Source: Vermamoeba vermiformis (Eukaryota). Taken from it: a stretch of 64,000 nucleotides of DNA. Position 1 is the first letter of the stretch. Every line of letters starts with the position of its first letter. The translations under genes were made by a program, and so were the position numbers. Below the pieces are notes generated by a model. It did no database searches, was not told the DNA's origin, and saw nothing but the letters and a program-made list of their open reading frames with translations. Below are positions 26,118 through 39,127 of this stretch, piece by piece. The stretch is taken from positions 434,001 through 498,000 of the forward strand of contig JBEWZL010000066.1 in assembly GCA_045837725.1 (NCBI GenBank). The letters run 5' to 3'.

Positions 26118-28739
26118 TCAAAGACCAAAGTGTTTAGCAATGAAGTCTTTGTACCAGGCAGGAATCATATGAAAACTTGTTGCACCTTGTCGGTACACAA
26201 AATCTGCGCACTTCATCACGTCCTTACCCTCGGCAGTCCTTCCGTTCATGTGCGAAAACAATACCACAATAAGCACATACGCATCACTATGGTCCCATCC
26301 GATTTCGTCCATGATTTTGTGCAGAATTTCCTTGTGATCTTCACTGGTCTCGGTCCATTCCTCCCAATGCAAGCTGCTCGTAGTTATACCACGCTCCGCT
26401 CGTCGATATTTGTAACGAACTCCATAGGACATTCTGCTCAAGCCATCGAGCCACATTTCAACGCTCTCAGTCGACAATTGACTGTAGCATTTGAAGCTGA
26501 AAGTAAAACCATCGATCGTGAGCTGCATCGCATCTTCTACAATATCAGCGGTGCTCAATGCCTCGTACAATTTGATCAGCAACCTTTGCTTCTTTTTGTC
26601 TTCCACATAAAGAACCCATTGGAGTCTGTCTTGATTTAAAAACAGACTATAAACCTCCTCAGGAACTTCGCCGATTGCACGGTGAATGTTTTTCTCGCCA
26701 TGAACATCATACAACTCATTCACGCACAAGTTTTTGAGCGATATCACCTTTTGTGCATTGGTTCGCGCGATGATATTAGCTGAAGACAAGTAGGCTTTAG
26801 CATTTGCCGACAAGGGAAGAGCAATACCTAACAACACGTGAGCTTTGCGTCAGGGGTTACTATCAACCAGGGTAATTACCTCTTTTAGCGATCTTTTTGA
26901 GAATCGTATTGAATTCTTGTCGAGCGGCATGTGTCACTATAGCATCTGTCGTTTGTTTGCTCAGCTTCAAGAAATTAGGCGTATCAACTAAGTAATCCAT
27001 AGTTTTGCTCCAACCAATTTCGAAGACAGTTTCGAAATCTTTTTCTTGAATTGAGTACCCTACGATTACTACCCGTTAGTACAGAACTTCTTTATGTATA
27101 ATTTTTTTGTACCATTTTCGACGAAGTATTTAACGCAGTTCACGAATCCCCAATGGAAGAACTCATGCAAAGACTTTCCTTCAGGAATAATTCCTAGCAA
27201 AATGGTTATTTTTGGTGTAGCGTTAAGACGGACAAATAAGTCTTACCCTCGGCCATGAATAGCTCGAGTGCTTCAAATCCAAGAGGGCATTCTTCATCCA
27301 ATCTATTCACAACTCTGATTGCAGTCGGAATTTCACAGAATACTTTTTCCAAAATCGTCTTTCGATTCTCAATTCGGTCTTTTGCCATTCCCCAGACCTC
27401 CTTGTTTCGCATCAACTCAAAAACGAGGAGCGGGAAGAGATGGAGATTCTAAGCCATCAAAATTAACGTGCTTGTTTGAAAAGTCGAACGGCAATGTCCA
27501 AGAATTGCTTCCAATCGAGGAATTTGGTGTCGGGGAACCTATCTTCCATAACGCCAATTGAAGTGATCACTGTGTGCCCGTACATATTTGGAAGGTTCAA
27601 TAGCTTCGGATACTCCTTTGCCAGTTTGAAGAAGAGCTTGGTATCTGAATTATGAATCGCCAGTTGAAGAAGAGAATTGCCGATCGGATCGATGACTTCG
27701 AAGTTGGGCTGTTTGATGTCCTCAAGGGCGGATAGTCGATATCTAACCGCTTCCATCAACTTGAATCTGTTGACTATCTCAGGCCTGCCGTACAAATCAG
27801 TTAACGTTACAAATTTCAAAGCTTTACGTACTTGTATTTGGCCACGGCAACTCTTTGCGCAATGCCATCCAAGAAGCTCTTCGCAGCTTCGTGCTCAAAC
27901 AGGCTCGATATATCAGTGGGCAAAATATACCTGATTTAATTCGTCAGCCATCGGCCAGATCTGGCAATTTAGACTTACGAGGCTCCGATCCAGTTTGCTA
28001 CCTTCAGCGCCAATTCGTCAGAAGTATTTGTTTTGTCGTACAAGACAATAAAAGTTATCGCTCCTCTTACTACTCGCGGACTCCACGAAGGAAGTGCCTA
28101 GTGGAATGAATGAATAATTTTTTTTTGCCGATCTCGCGATTAGTTCATTCTTACCGAGTCAAATAGTTTGCTCATATATGCAGAATCTGCCTCGTTTATG
28201 ACTATGGCTGCCGTTATTGAGGAGCCTATTTGAGTAGGTGGCTCTGGGAGCCACGATCCTGCTAGATCTCTTTGTTCGAATTTAATTTTTATCTCTATTT
28301 GCAAAAAAACACGTTATTAAGATCAATATTAAGTAATTGCATGGTAGGTATTTTTAAAATAAAGAGGAAAATTTAAATTAATTTTAGATAATTTAAACTT
28401 ACCTTTGCCGTCCTGATCTTTTCTTACAGAAGTGTAGTCGTGGCCAAACTCATGGTCCACATATCCGTAGCCATATCCATACCCATACCCATAGCCATAG
28501 CCCTGGTCATCGTCACCGTAACTGGCATAACTGGCATAGCTACCGTAAGAAGCGTAACCACCCCGTGGTGGCGCCTGCTTCTTAGTGGTCTCTGGCTTTG
28601 GCTTAGGTTTAGTAGCTGCCACGCGCGAAATAGACTTTTTTTCGGCCGATCCTGAATAATATAAAAAGACCTCGTGAAATTCAGATCGGATGGGAAATAA
28701 TTCGAGCCATCTTTCAGGTTTGTAATCTTTGCTCTCCAT
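26118..28739 (-). CDS. Tandem family copy 3: degenerate small-GTPase domain with Gly-Tyr insert + ankyrin repeats + BC/SOCS-box-like motif + C-terminal domain
   Basis: FGHDYTSVRKDQDGK|EIKIKFEQRDLAG, ITFIVLYDKTN, LALKVANWIGAS. Ankyrin DPIGNSLLQLAIH. SLKNLCVNEL...VPEEVYSLF. CTD GWDHSDAYVL...PAWYKDF. Confidence 0.8.
28461..28560 (-). repeat. Coding short tandem repeat encoding (YAS/YGS)n and (GY)n
   Basis: + strand hexamers agccat/atccat/acccat and a 9-mer actggcata repeat encode GGYASYGSYASYASYGDDDQGYGYGYGYGYGY. Confidence 0.85.
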
Positions 28740-28991
28740 TGCGCACCCAAGAAAATTAATAATTCTGTTTTAACGGCTGAATTTTTAAGCAAAAGAGAAC
28801 AGAATTTCATAATTTGATTTTCCGCACGGTTGAGTCTTTAACCGCCTGGAATTCTAAATTTTGTTCAGCTAATCAATAAGCAATTTACGTATTCTTAAGA
28901 ATTAACTGCTAAATCCTAGAGTTCGCCAAATCAGAACGGACCTTCTTTACATTAATGTTCATCGGCTTTAGATTTATAGGTGCGGTTAGAA

Positions 28992-31809
28992 TTAGATATT
29001 TATGCCAAAGTGCCTCATAACGAATTTTGAGTACCACTCAGGAATCCGGTGGAAGGTGGCTGCAGTTGGTTGTTGAACGAAAGTACTGCACCGGATCTCG
29101 TCTTCACCTTGCGCGTTTCTTCCGAGCAAATGTCCAGACAATACAGTGATGAACACATACGCATCGCTGAGGTCCCATCCGATATTATCCATTATCTTGG
29201 CTAGAATCTCTTCGTGTTCATGCTTAGTCTCGGTATACTCATCATAATGCATGCTGCTCGTAATCTCTGTGTAGTCGTGTCGATAATACTTGTAGTGAAG
29301 GTTAGAACTGTTATCGTTCAATCCATCCAGCCACATTTCGACACTATTCTTTGAGTAATTTTCGTTGTATTTGAAGCTGAAAGTAAAGCCATCGATCGTG
29401 ATCTGCATCGCATCTTCGACACGATCAGCGTTGCTCAATGCCTCGTACAATTTGAGCAGCAACCGTTGTCTCTTTTCATTGTCCAAGTAAAGGACCCATT
29501 GGTATCGATTTTGGTTCACAAAGAGACTTCGAACATCTTCAGGAACATCGCCGATGGCACGGTGAATGTTTTTCTCACCATGAACATCATACAACTCATT
29601 CACGCACAAATGTTTGAGCGATATCACCTTTTGCGCATTGGCTCGAGCGATGATATTAGCTGAAGACAAGTAGGCTCCATTAATTGCGGATAAAGGCAAA
29701 GGAATCCCTGTTAGGAAACTTTAGTATCTACCAGGGCCAGATTTAGAACTTGAGCGCACTTACCTTTTTTAGCAACTTTACGAAGCAAGTCGTTGAATCC
29801 TTTTTGAGCGATATGCTTCACGATTCGTTCATTCGCCTCATTACTCAAACGTTCAAAATCAGGTGTGTCTATCAAATATTCCATTGTCTCTCGCCATCCG
29901 TTATTGAACACAGCTTCAATATCTTTTGCTGGGATCCTGTAGCCTGAATAACAAACACGGTAAATTAACGACGTCGTTTTTATCTTGCGTAGGTATGCAA
30001 CCTTACGTACCACTTTCGACAAAGTACTTCACGCACTCCAAGAATCCACACGCAACGAACATATTCATTGCCTCACCTTCGGGGTTGATTCCTAGAAATG
30101 TCCGTTAATCGCTTGCACCTTAAACCAATAGAACAATGATTGTCTTACCTTCAGCCAAGAACAACTTGAGCGCTTCCAGGGCTTCCTCGTTTGTTCTTTG
30201 AGCGCCTCTAAATGTGAGTGGCAATTTAGCAAATGCACTCGCGAGTAACTCTTGTCTGTTACTAAGTCGTTCCTTTGCGCGGATCCAAACGTCTTTGTTT
30301 CGAAGCAACTCAAACACAAGAATAGGATAAGGCGAAATGTCTGTCCATCTAAGACAATTGAATTCTTTCGGAAATTCGAACGGCAAGGTCCAAAATTTCC
30401 TCCAATCAAAGAACTTAGTCTCCCAGAACCGATCTCGCATGTTACCGATGGAAGATAATGGTGTTTCACCGTACATATTTGGAAGGCTCAATAGCTGAGG
30501 ATACTTCTGTCCCAAATAGAAGAACACTTCGGTATCTGGATTGTGAAGCGCCAGTTGAAGAAGAGAGTTCCCGATCGGATCGACCACGACGTCAAAAGCG
30601 TGGCATGCTTCTAACCTCTTGACATCGTCCAGCGATAGAAATCTCACCGCCTCCATCACCTTGAATCGGTTGACTATTTCTGTCCTTTAAGTATCATAGT
30701 CAATAAACCGCCAAAAAAAAATGTGCGTGTGAACAACATACCTGTACTTAGCGGCTGCAACTCTCTCCGCAATAAAATCTAAGAATGTTTTAGCTGCCTG
30801 GTGCTGGTGTAGCCTCGATATGTTAGCAGGAACAACAGCGCTATGGGAGCGTTAGTAAGGTAAAGCAAGTGTCTTGAAATGACTCACACAGCTCCGATCC
30901 AGTTCGCAACTTTAAGCGCCATGGCGAATTCATCCGTTGTATCGCTCTTATCAAAGACTATTATAAATGATATGGTTCCTTTTTCTACGCGGCGTGCCCA
31001 AGAAGGAAGTGCCTGTAGTTTAAGGTAAGACCACTGGTCTGTGGTCTTGAATGTCAAACTTACAGAATCGAAGAGTTTGCTCATAAAAGCTCGATCTAAC
31101 TTATTTACAAAAATTAATGCTGTTATTGAGCTGTCTATTGAAGAAGCTGGCGGCGATACCCACTTTCCTTCTGAAAGATCTCGTTGCTCAAAGGAAACAC
31201 TCAGATCTAAATCTTAATTAGTCTTTGGTGTAACCGCCATTATACTTTAGACAAAGCCCCATAGACTCCCGCCTTCGACGATGAGCTTATTGAAATAAGT
31301 ATTAGGGCACAGAGAGGATAGCCATTTTAGGCCTTTTTTTGGCGACCATTTTCCGCTTTTTATGCCCAGTTGGTCATAAAGTTATAACTAGCGGTTACAT
31401 TTGGGTGCAGCAATAAATATTAAATTATGCAGAAACTTGTTTATAAGCGAATTTCAAGTCAAATAAATTGTAACGAATTAATTTTAATTATTTCTAATTT
31501 AAATTTACCTTTCCCCTCTTGGTTTCCGAAGAGTGACGAATAACGCTGGGTTATAAAGTCCATTTCCATGTAAGTAGCATAACCAGAATATCCATAACCA
31601 TTGGCATAGCCAGAGTAGCCGGAATAGTAGCCCTCTGAAGCGTATCCGGGTTCACATTGCGCGTTAATCTTGGGCGTTGGGTCAGTAGCTGCAATTGTGA
31701 CTATATTTCCATTGGGACTTGAAGAATGATATAAAATGACCTCGTGATTTTCAGATCGAATTCGAGATAATTCAACCCACGTTTCAGGTTTATATTCTCT
31801 GCTTTCCAT
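28992..31809 (-). CDS. Tandem family copy 4 (closest paralogue of copy 3)
   Basis: MESREYKPETW vs MESKDYKPERW. GNQEGK|DLSVSFEQRDLSEG, ISFIIVFDKSD, ALKVANWIGA. DPIGNSLLQLALH. SLKHLCVNEL...VPEDVRSLF. Near-identical DNA to copy 3 at an offset of about 2880 nt in the last exon. Confidence 0.8.
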
Positions 31810-32077
31810 CGTGCGCGTTAAGTTGTAATTAGCGCTAAAGCGCGAATTTTAATGATTTACCGAACCGAATACGGAATTTGATTAATTTTTTCGTCTTTGG
31901 TCTTTGTGGCGCAATGTCAGTGGAATCAGAATTCGAGCGGACAGAATTACTTCATTGTTACTATTATAAATAAACTATATTTAACTCTTATTGTTGGGTT
32001 CGCATGAATTAGAATAAAATAAACCAAATTTGTGAACGAAGATTCTGACGTTTCTGTAAAGCTTAACAACGATCCAA

Positions 32078-35000
32078 ATGAAAGCCACAATTGTACTTCT
32101 ATTCATTGCAGGCGTCGTAAGTACATTTTTCATGCGTAGAAAACGGATCTAGTTGTTAACGCTTTTTTTTATTAGGTTTTGACATTTAGTAGCTCCGTTT
32201 ACGGCGATTGTGGGTCTACTAAAACTGTAAATTTTACTCCTGGCTCTACCGCGCCTAATTTATTGCGGCTGGATAACCCAAAGGTAAATTCAAAAAAAGC
32301 CAACTTTTTTGGATCTCGTTTACTATTACCCAAATAAATTTCCTATTGCGGGATAAATGTAAATTACGAAGGTACATCGTACCGCGAGAAATCATTAATT
32401 AGGCAAATTATAGCGCGACCCTACTTCAAAATTTACCTCAACATTATTCACTTCGCTTTATATAGCCGTTTGAATCGTCAGATATATGCTAATTGCGAAT
32501 CTAATAGAGCTTGCAAGTATTTATACAACGTGGAAATGCTTACCGCGTTGATATCTCAGCGTCTTCAAAGGATCGACTCGACCAATTAAGTGCCACGCTT
32601 ACTCAAACCAATAACGTGCTCACTTTGGCTGTAGTAAGTTTTGTTTGATCATATAACGACCTGACAACTCCAACGGTTCGACCTTAAATCTTACGGCTAA
32701 ATCCAGGACGATTCCTCCGTCACGATTACTCCCAGCTCACCCGCCAAAGCTTCTTCAGGTATCATGATTGGCTTATTTTAATATGACGCGATATATATGC
32801 TTAAATTGTTAGTCAGAACTAATCAACTGAAAGTGTCGAAAATCATACTTCGCATCCGCAATGTTTTAGTGCTAATTTTCTTTACTAGCATCAAGAGCCT
32901 TGACTTTGATCCAAGTCTCTCTTTCAGTACTCGGCCTTGGCTTCTTACTCGCTGAACGACGTACTCTTTTCGTTCTTGCACTCGTCGCTGCAGTGCTCGT
33001 AACACCCGGTCTCACGTTGCCTACTTGCACGGACTATCAAATTGTTATTACCGTCCCTACTTCGGTGAGACTCACTGAAACGGTACGTTATAATATGATG
33101 TGATAAAGGACTATGATCCTTAAGAAACTGGAATTGGAACACTCAGCTCGATCCTTAAAAAAACCTCATCTGATTAGATCTAGTTCCTAATATCTTTCTA
33201 TAGGCCGAATGCACCGCTGGCAGCGCAAAAACATTTGTTAAGCCTTCTTTCGTGCAAAACGTCGTGTTGTACGAGACCGGCTGGTTTTCATCGCCCATTG
33301 TTTACGACTTGGTAAGATCGAGCAGCAGCTTTGAACAATTCACTTTTATCTTACGTATTTAAAATAGGACAATGATGGCAAGAAAGAAGTAATTGTTGCT
33401 GCAAAAGAAATTACGGTCTACGATAACCAATTCATCAAAATTACTGCTACAACCACTTTGAATGATCGAGTCTATGGCACGCATATTGTTGCAGATCTCG
33501 ATGGTGACGGCGTCGTTGAAATTGCCGCTGGAAGTAGAAGTAAGTGACTACCTTGCAAATCTAGCTGGATTAGGATCCAAAGTACGTCTTTTTTGACTTT
33601 GTTTTTACGGCAGATCAACTATTCGTTTTTGAATGGAAAGGAAAATCTCTTAGCCTAAAGGCAGGCTGGCCCCAATCCATTAGCAGCAACACTAACTTCG
33701 AGATCCGTGGTCTCGCTGCTGGTACGCACCATCAAATGCTTCCAATAATTAACAACCATATACAATTTAAATATGATATTAATAATTGACCTCCCGTAAA
33801 TAATTGCCTCAATAATTCTAATTTATTTTTTTTGTAGCCGATCTGAACGGAGATGGCGACATTGAACTCATTGCTACGACAACAATCACCTCGCCCGATA
33901 AGACTGTTTGGGTATTCTCTCCAAACGGTAAAATCTATCAACCTGTCGGTGGTCATTCACCTGCTTGGCCTCGCTACAATTTGTTGAGTGGAGAAGGAAA
34001 CGATGCGGATGTGAACGGTGCCGGTCAAACAGGTTACGGTAAGCAACTTTATACACGAAAGATAATAATGATAGTACTACTGTATGGACGTCGGAAGATT
34101 TCGTGCTCAAGATCCAGCGTTTGGTCGCGGATCCAGCAATCTTTTTGACCACAATACTTACTTTTTTTATTAGGTGAATATGGTCTCAATGTTGGCATTG
34201 GCAATATCGACGACGATTTGTTCTTAGAAGTATTCACAACATACGACAATCATCGCATTCAAGCCTTCAAGCACGATGGTGTCGCGATCAATTCGTCGCC
34301 GTTCTACACCAACAGAGGAAGCGACTATTTGGGCCAAAGACTCACATGGGGACAAATGTTCAGATTCCCCAATCTTACCGTAAGTATTTTTCTCCTAAAT
34401 AGCCGTCAGTGGTTATGGATCCGTTTAACAATCGGACTTTCCTTTTTAGGTCGAAGAAATGCAATACAACACGCACACTGGACCGTGGTGGGACGTGAAG
34501 ACTACCGATTGGTTGCAATTCACCGATCAAGCACGTAAGTTGAATAACAAGCACACCTATCGCAAGTCGTCACTTTGACACGTGATTTTGCTTAGCCTCC
34601 GTTGCTGACCTCGATGGCGATGGTCTTAATGAAGTGTTGGTCGCACCTTCGATGGAAAAAGGTGAAACTAGCAATGGCTATCCTCGTACAGGCTACGCTT
34701 TGATGTGCTACATGGGTACGTGCACAACAGATCGGTATCAAAAATCCTATTTCGTAACATTGTTCTTAGGCGCTTACGGCGATGGCAGCAACTCCGCTAA
34801 AGTTCATCCTAGCTGGCAAACTCCGCCTCAGAACCAATCACTCTTGATGACTGTGCCTGAGTACCCTCCTTTAGGCAAGTCTCGTGCCCCATGACGATGT
34901 TCAATCTTGCTAATGTTTTGTACACAGCTCCTACTACACCAGTGCCTGTTGATATTAATAACGACGGCAAGCTTGAAGTCTTAGTGTCGCTCAACGATGG

Positions 35001-35542
35001 TCATTTTTACGCGTATGGACCTGACTCCTCGTTCAAGTGGAGGGTTGACATCACTCACGGCAAGAGCCTCATGTTCTGCTCCGAACCAACAGTCGCCGAC
35101 TTGAACCAAGACGGCGTCCCCGAGATTATTATCGCTACCTATGGTGACCCTAATGTTGCTGACAGTGGATATTTGATGGTCATCAGCAACTCCGGATCCG
35201 TTCTCGCAGACATTGCTTTGACCAATCCCAATTTCAGTAAGTTATTAATAACCCTTTTACGTACGCGAAGGTCCTTATTGATCGTTTCAGCTCCTGGTGG
35301 CAACGGAGTCGGCGGTCCTTCGGCCCCTACTGTAGCGGATGTTGATGGTGATGGCTTCCTGGAGATCTTGGTCTTGACTTTTGATCACGGCATTGACGTC
35401 TTTAGTGTCGCGTCTTCTTCTTGTAAGTCACTAGTGAACCATGCGTGGTGATTGATATTAATCATTAATTCACTCAGCCAACTGCCTCTTGTGGCCTGCT
35501 GGTCGTGGTGGAAGATTTAGAACTGGCTACTACACGGCCTAA
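32078..35542 (+). CDS. Secreted FG-GAP/VCBS-repeat (calcium-blade beta-propeller) protein
   Basis: Signal peptide MKATIVLLFIAGV. Repeated DxDxDG motifs: DNDGKKEVIV, ADLDGDGVVEI, ADLNGDGDIELI, GNIDDDLFLEV, ADLDGDGLNEV, VDINNDGKLEV, ADLNQDGVPEI, ADVDGDGFLEI. Ends WPAGRGGRFRTGYYTA*. Confidence 0.88.
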
Positions 35543-35713
35543 TTAATTAATTTCTAGCGATAAGACCGCAATTAATGTTTTTTCGCTCTTCATTATAATA
35601 TTGTATGACCTAAACTTCTTTCTTGGTAAAGTTAGGACTTTTGATCCTCCTTACATTTCAATCGCTAAGAATTGCTATAATTTCTTATTTTATTTACAAT
35701 TTATTCCACGAAT

Positions 35714-38700
35714 TTATCGCTTTCTCTTTCTATCGAGCGAGACCATCAAAACTAACGACAAGATGAAGAAGAACATGCCGATAACCCACATCCACACTAA
35801 ATTCATCGGGAATGGAGTCAATGACAATCCCATCAACGGAAGATGATCTGTGCGTGTCTTTCTGGCTGTTAGCTCTGAAATTGGAAATTTAATTAGTTTC
35901 TGGATGAATTTTCCAAATAAGGAAAAAAATTCGAGTTATTTTTGCTACGTACCACTCGAATATAATACTTCAATGCCCCAGCGTAAGAAAGAGATATTAG
36001 GAATCCAACTTAATGGCGCACCCATCGAGTCCCAAAAGATTAAAGGCGGGAAAGTGCCACTGACAATCGACATCGAAAAAGTGATCATTACTGTGGCAAT
36101 GGCAGCGGCGCCTGCAGGCACTATGACACTGACGAGAAATCCAATGCCTGTAGCTGTGAACCAGGACAATACGAACACTGAATAGTACCGCTCAAAGGGC
36201 ATTTCGAAAGATGCAAATGCCTTAATAAGAGCTGCATAGAGCAACGGCAGAACTGCCAAATTAGGCAATGTCGAAGTAGCTAAAAGAAAACTCGTTAAGT
36301 ATTTGCTCCGAATACATGCAAAGTTTAAACGTACCTTTAGCCAAAAAGTATGCGACAGTATAACCACCCGCAGCTGATTCGCGGAAGTAAACTGCCTTTT
36401 CTGGCAAAAAAGTTCTCAGTGCTGCTACTGATCCGGCCAACGAAATTCCAAGCGTCATCATCAATGTTGCTGGATCTGACATTTTGACACGTGTTAGCAA
36501 AACTAGTTTTGAAAAATTGGGTCTTATATACTTACAAATTTCATCGGTCAGCGGAATGAGCATTGCATTTGACAAAGTTAGCATCAACAGCTGCGAATCT
36601 CGGCACGAAAAGAAAGTTTCAAAAGTGCTGGATGCGTTGATCACGTGAGCGAATTGCATGGGAGAAGGCGCATCAATGTAAGACAAGTTGGAGAAAATGA
36701 GTCCCATAGACAAGCCAATGATGAGAACCAATAAGAAATCAAATGCAATCGTCGCTGGTCGTTTGTACTGTTGCGCCAATCCTCGCTTCAAAAACATGGC
36801 AAATTGCACGAGAATGACGAACAGCATTGGTGGCTTCTTACGGCTTTGACTTTCTTCGTCTTCTAAGAGCATGTAGCCGTCTACTGGATTTTGTTTTGAC
36901 ATAGATCCAGGGTTCAGTGGTTGAAAATCACCAGTACTCGTTGCCGAAGAAAAGCTGGATCTGGCTGAAGCAGATTGTTGTTCCTTTTCTTCGAGTGCTT
37001 TTGCTTCGACTTCGTGTTTACGTTCACGCCATGAAACAGGAATATTAATGTATTCACCATTGTCGTTTGGAATAACACCGCTGATCACATCCATAAAATA
37101 ATCTGAAAAAAAAGCAGGATTGGCACCACTTTCCAAATTTAGTAATTGTAATATCTCGACGTACCTGCAGGATTTTCCATTTGCGGGCAGGTGTAGCCCA
37201 AACCAGCAAAATATTGGTTGACGTAACTCGACGGACCAATGTAACAAGGCACACCGCCAGTGCCGAGCAAGACCAAGTCGTCGAACATTCGGAAGATGTC
37301 CGCGCGCCTAAAACATTATCAGAATTAACGTACGGTTCGAAGAAGACGAAATTTCAGCGAACTTACGGTTGGTGAATGACCGAAACTACGGTCATGCCCT
37401 TGCTAGCCAATGCTTTTAATAGACCGCAAACTTCTTTGCTGCTGCTTGAGTCGAGACCTGCAACAAATGTTAGCACGTGACGCAAGGTCTGTGTCATTAC
37501 TAAATTAGGAAATCTTACCGGAAGTAGGCTCATCCAAAAACAATACGGACGGATTGCCGACCAACTCCTAATAATATAAAATGTTAGAAAATGAAAGGTA
37601 ATTATATAATAAAGATAGTGTTAGTAAAATATAATTAATTAATGTCGTTCGTACCATGCCAATGTTGACTCGTTTTCTTTGACCTCCTGAAATGCCGCGA
37701 ACATTCTCGTCACCAATTACGGAGTATTGAATAGCTATAAGTTTACCATTTTTAGTGATTTTCTTATTAAATCAACGCCCCACTTGAACATACCAGACAG
37801 TCTTAATTCATGAATGACTCGTTCAACGATATCTGCAACTTTAGTCGTACCGTTCTTGATCACCGCTGAATTTTGTAAAATTTCTGCAATGGAATGGTAT
37901 TTAGAACAAATGAAGATATAGACAACAAATTTTTGCAAAGACTTGCCTTTGACGTTCAATTCTCGTAACATGACGTCTTCTTGCGGTACGAATCCCATTA
38001 AGTGCAAGAAATGAGATCTATTTGTATCTCCATTGAACAATACTTGTCCTTCTTGCTTGCCATAATAGGCTTTGCCTGCGAGCACCGTCTATAAAAGGAA
38101 ATGTTAAGCCTCTAAACTCAGCGAGCTCAACTCCATAAGAAAGCACAATCCTATCGTAGTGCCCTTATAGATATAATTACTTGTGTAATATAGATTCACT
38201 CACCATAAAAGTTGACTTTCCTGCGCCGCTCGGACCCATAATCGCTAAAAATAGAGAACTTTAGTTTGACACGAATCACGTGAGTTTAAAGCTAAAATCG
38301 GTGAATTTAGCGGTCGTATACCACCATTAATTAATAATCTATGAGATATTTGATATTCTACCTGTTACACGACCGGATCTGATGGTGCCAGTGACTCCCG
38401 ACAAAACTTTCTTGCCTCCTTTGAGAGTTAAGCCAAGGCCGTCGAACTCAATGTTGACTCTTGGTTCTATGACATTATATTCTCCTTTAAATTTTTCAAC
38501 TGGAACAAAACCAAGTCAGATCGAGCTCGTTACAAATATGTTGGCAACTTGCCGCGACTTACCGCGATTCAATCCTCGTTGATGGTTGTCTTCAATTCGT
38601 TTTTGAACCATAAAATAAACAAATAAGAGCAATCCTAGCGCGATTGCAATTGCTGGAATCAGTACATGACGCTTTTCTTGAAAAGCTGAGCCTTCAGGGC

Positions 38701-39127
38701 ATAAACTGAACCCAGAACATTCTGAAATTGTATGTTAGTCGAGATGTTTAAATATGGCAATAGATCTACCCGTTGGCTCCATAGATAATGCTGGGCAATA
38801 GAATCCAGCAGGACAAATTATTGACGTCGTGACGTTAGGGCAGTAATAACCGGCAGGACAATCCATCGGGCACTGCATCTCCGGCGGACAGTATTGCCCT
38901 ATTTCGAAGTCAATAAATATCGCAAGATCCTTTCGTAAATAAATTTTCGCAATGATTGTTAGTCCGACGACATTGTAATGTAACTTACTTTCGACGCAAG
39001 GTAGTGGTACTCCATCCGGGCAATAGAATCCAGCTGGACATAATATTGTTATGTTGAAGTTAAATTGAGATCGTGCCAGATGAACCAATGAAATTAACAA
39101 AATCGCTGATATGAGCTTGAATGACAT
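35714..39127 (-). CDS. ABCG-family half transporter with N-terminal Cys-rich extracellular domain
   Basis: Signal peptide, CPAGFYCP repeats and a TM segment. Walker A GPSGAGKST, GFVPQEDVM, signature ISGGQRKR, Walker B LFLDEPTSGLDS, VIHQP. C-terminal TMD with YFRESAAG. Confidence 0.92.

Noticed and set aside
26130-26639. 169-aa + strand ORF, and similar antisense ORFs at 16668-17003, 42254-42688 and 62781-63131
   Set aside because: Each overlaps well-supported exons on the opposite strand.
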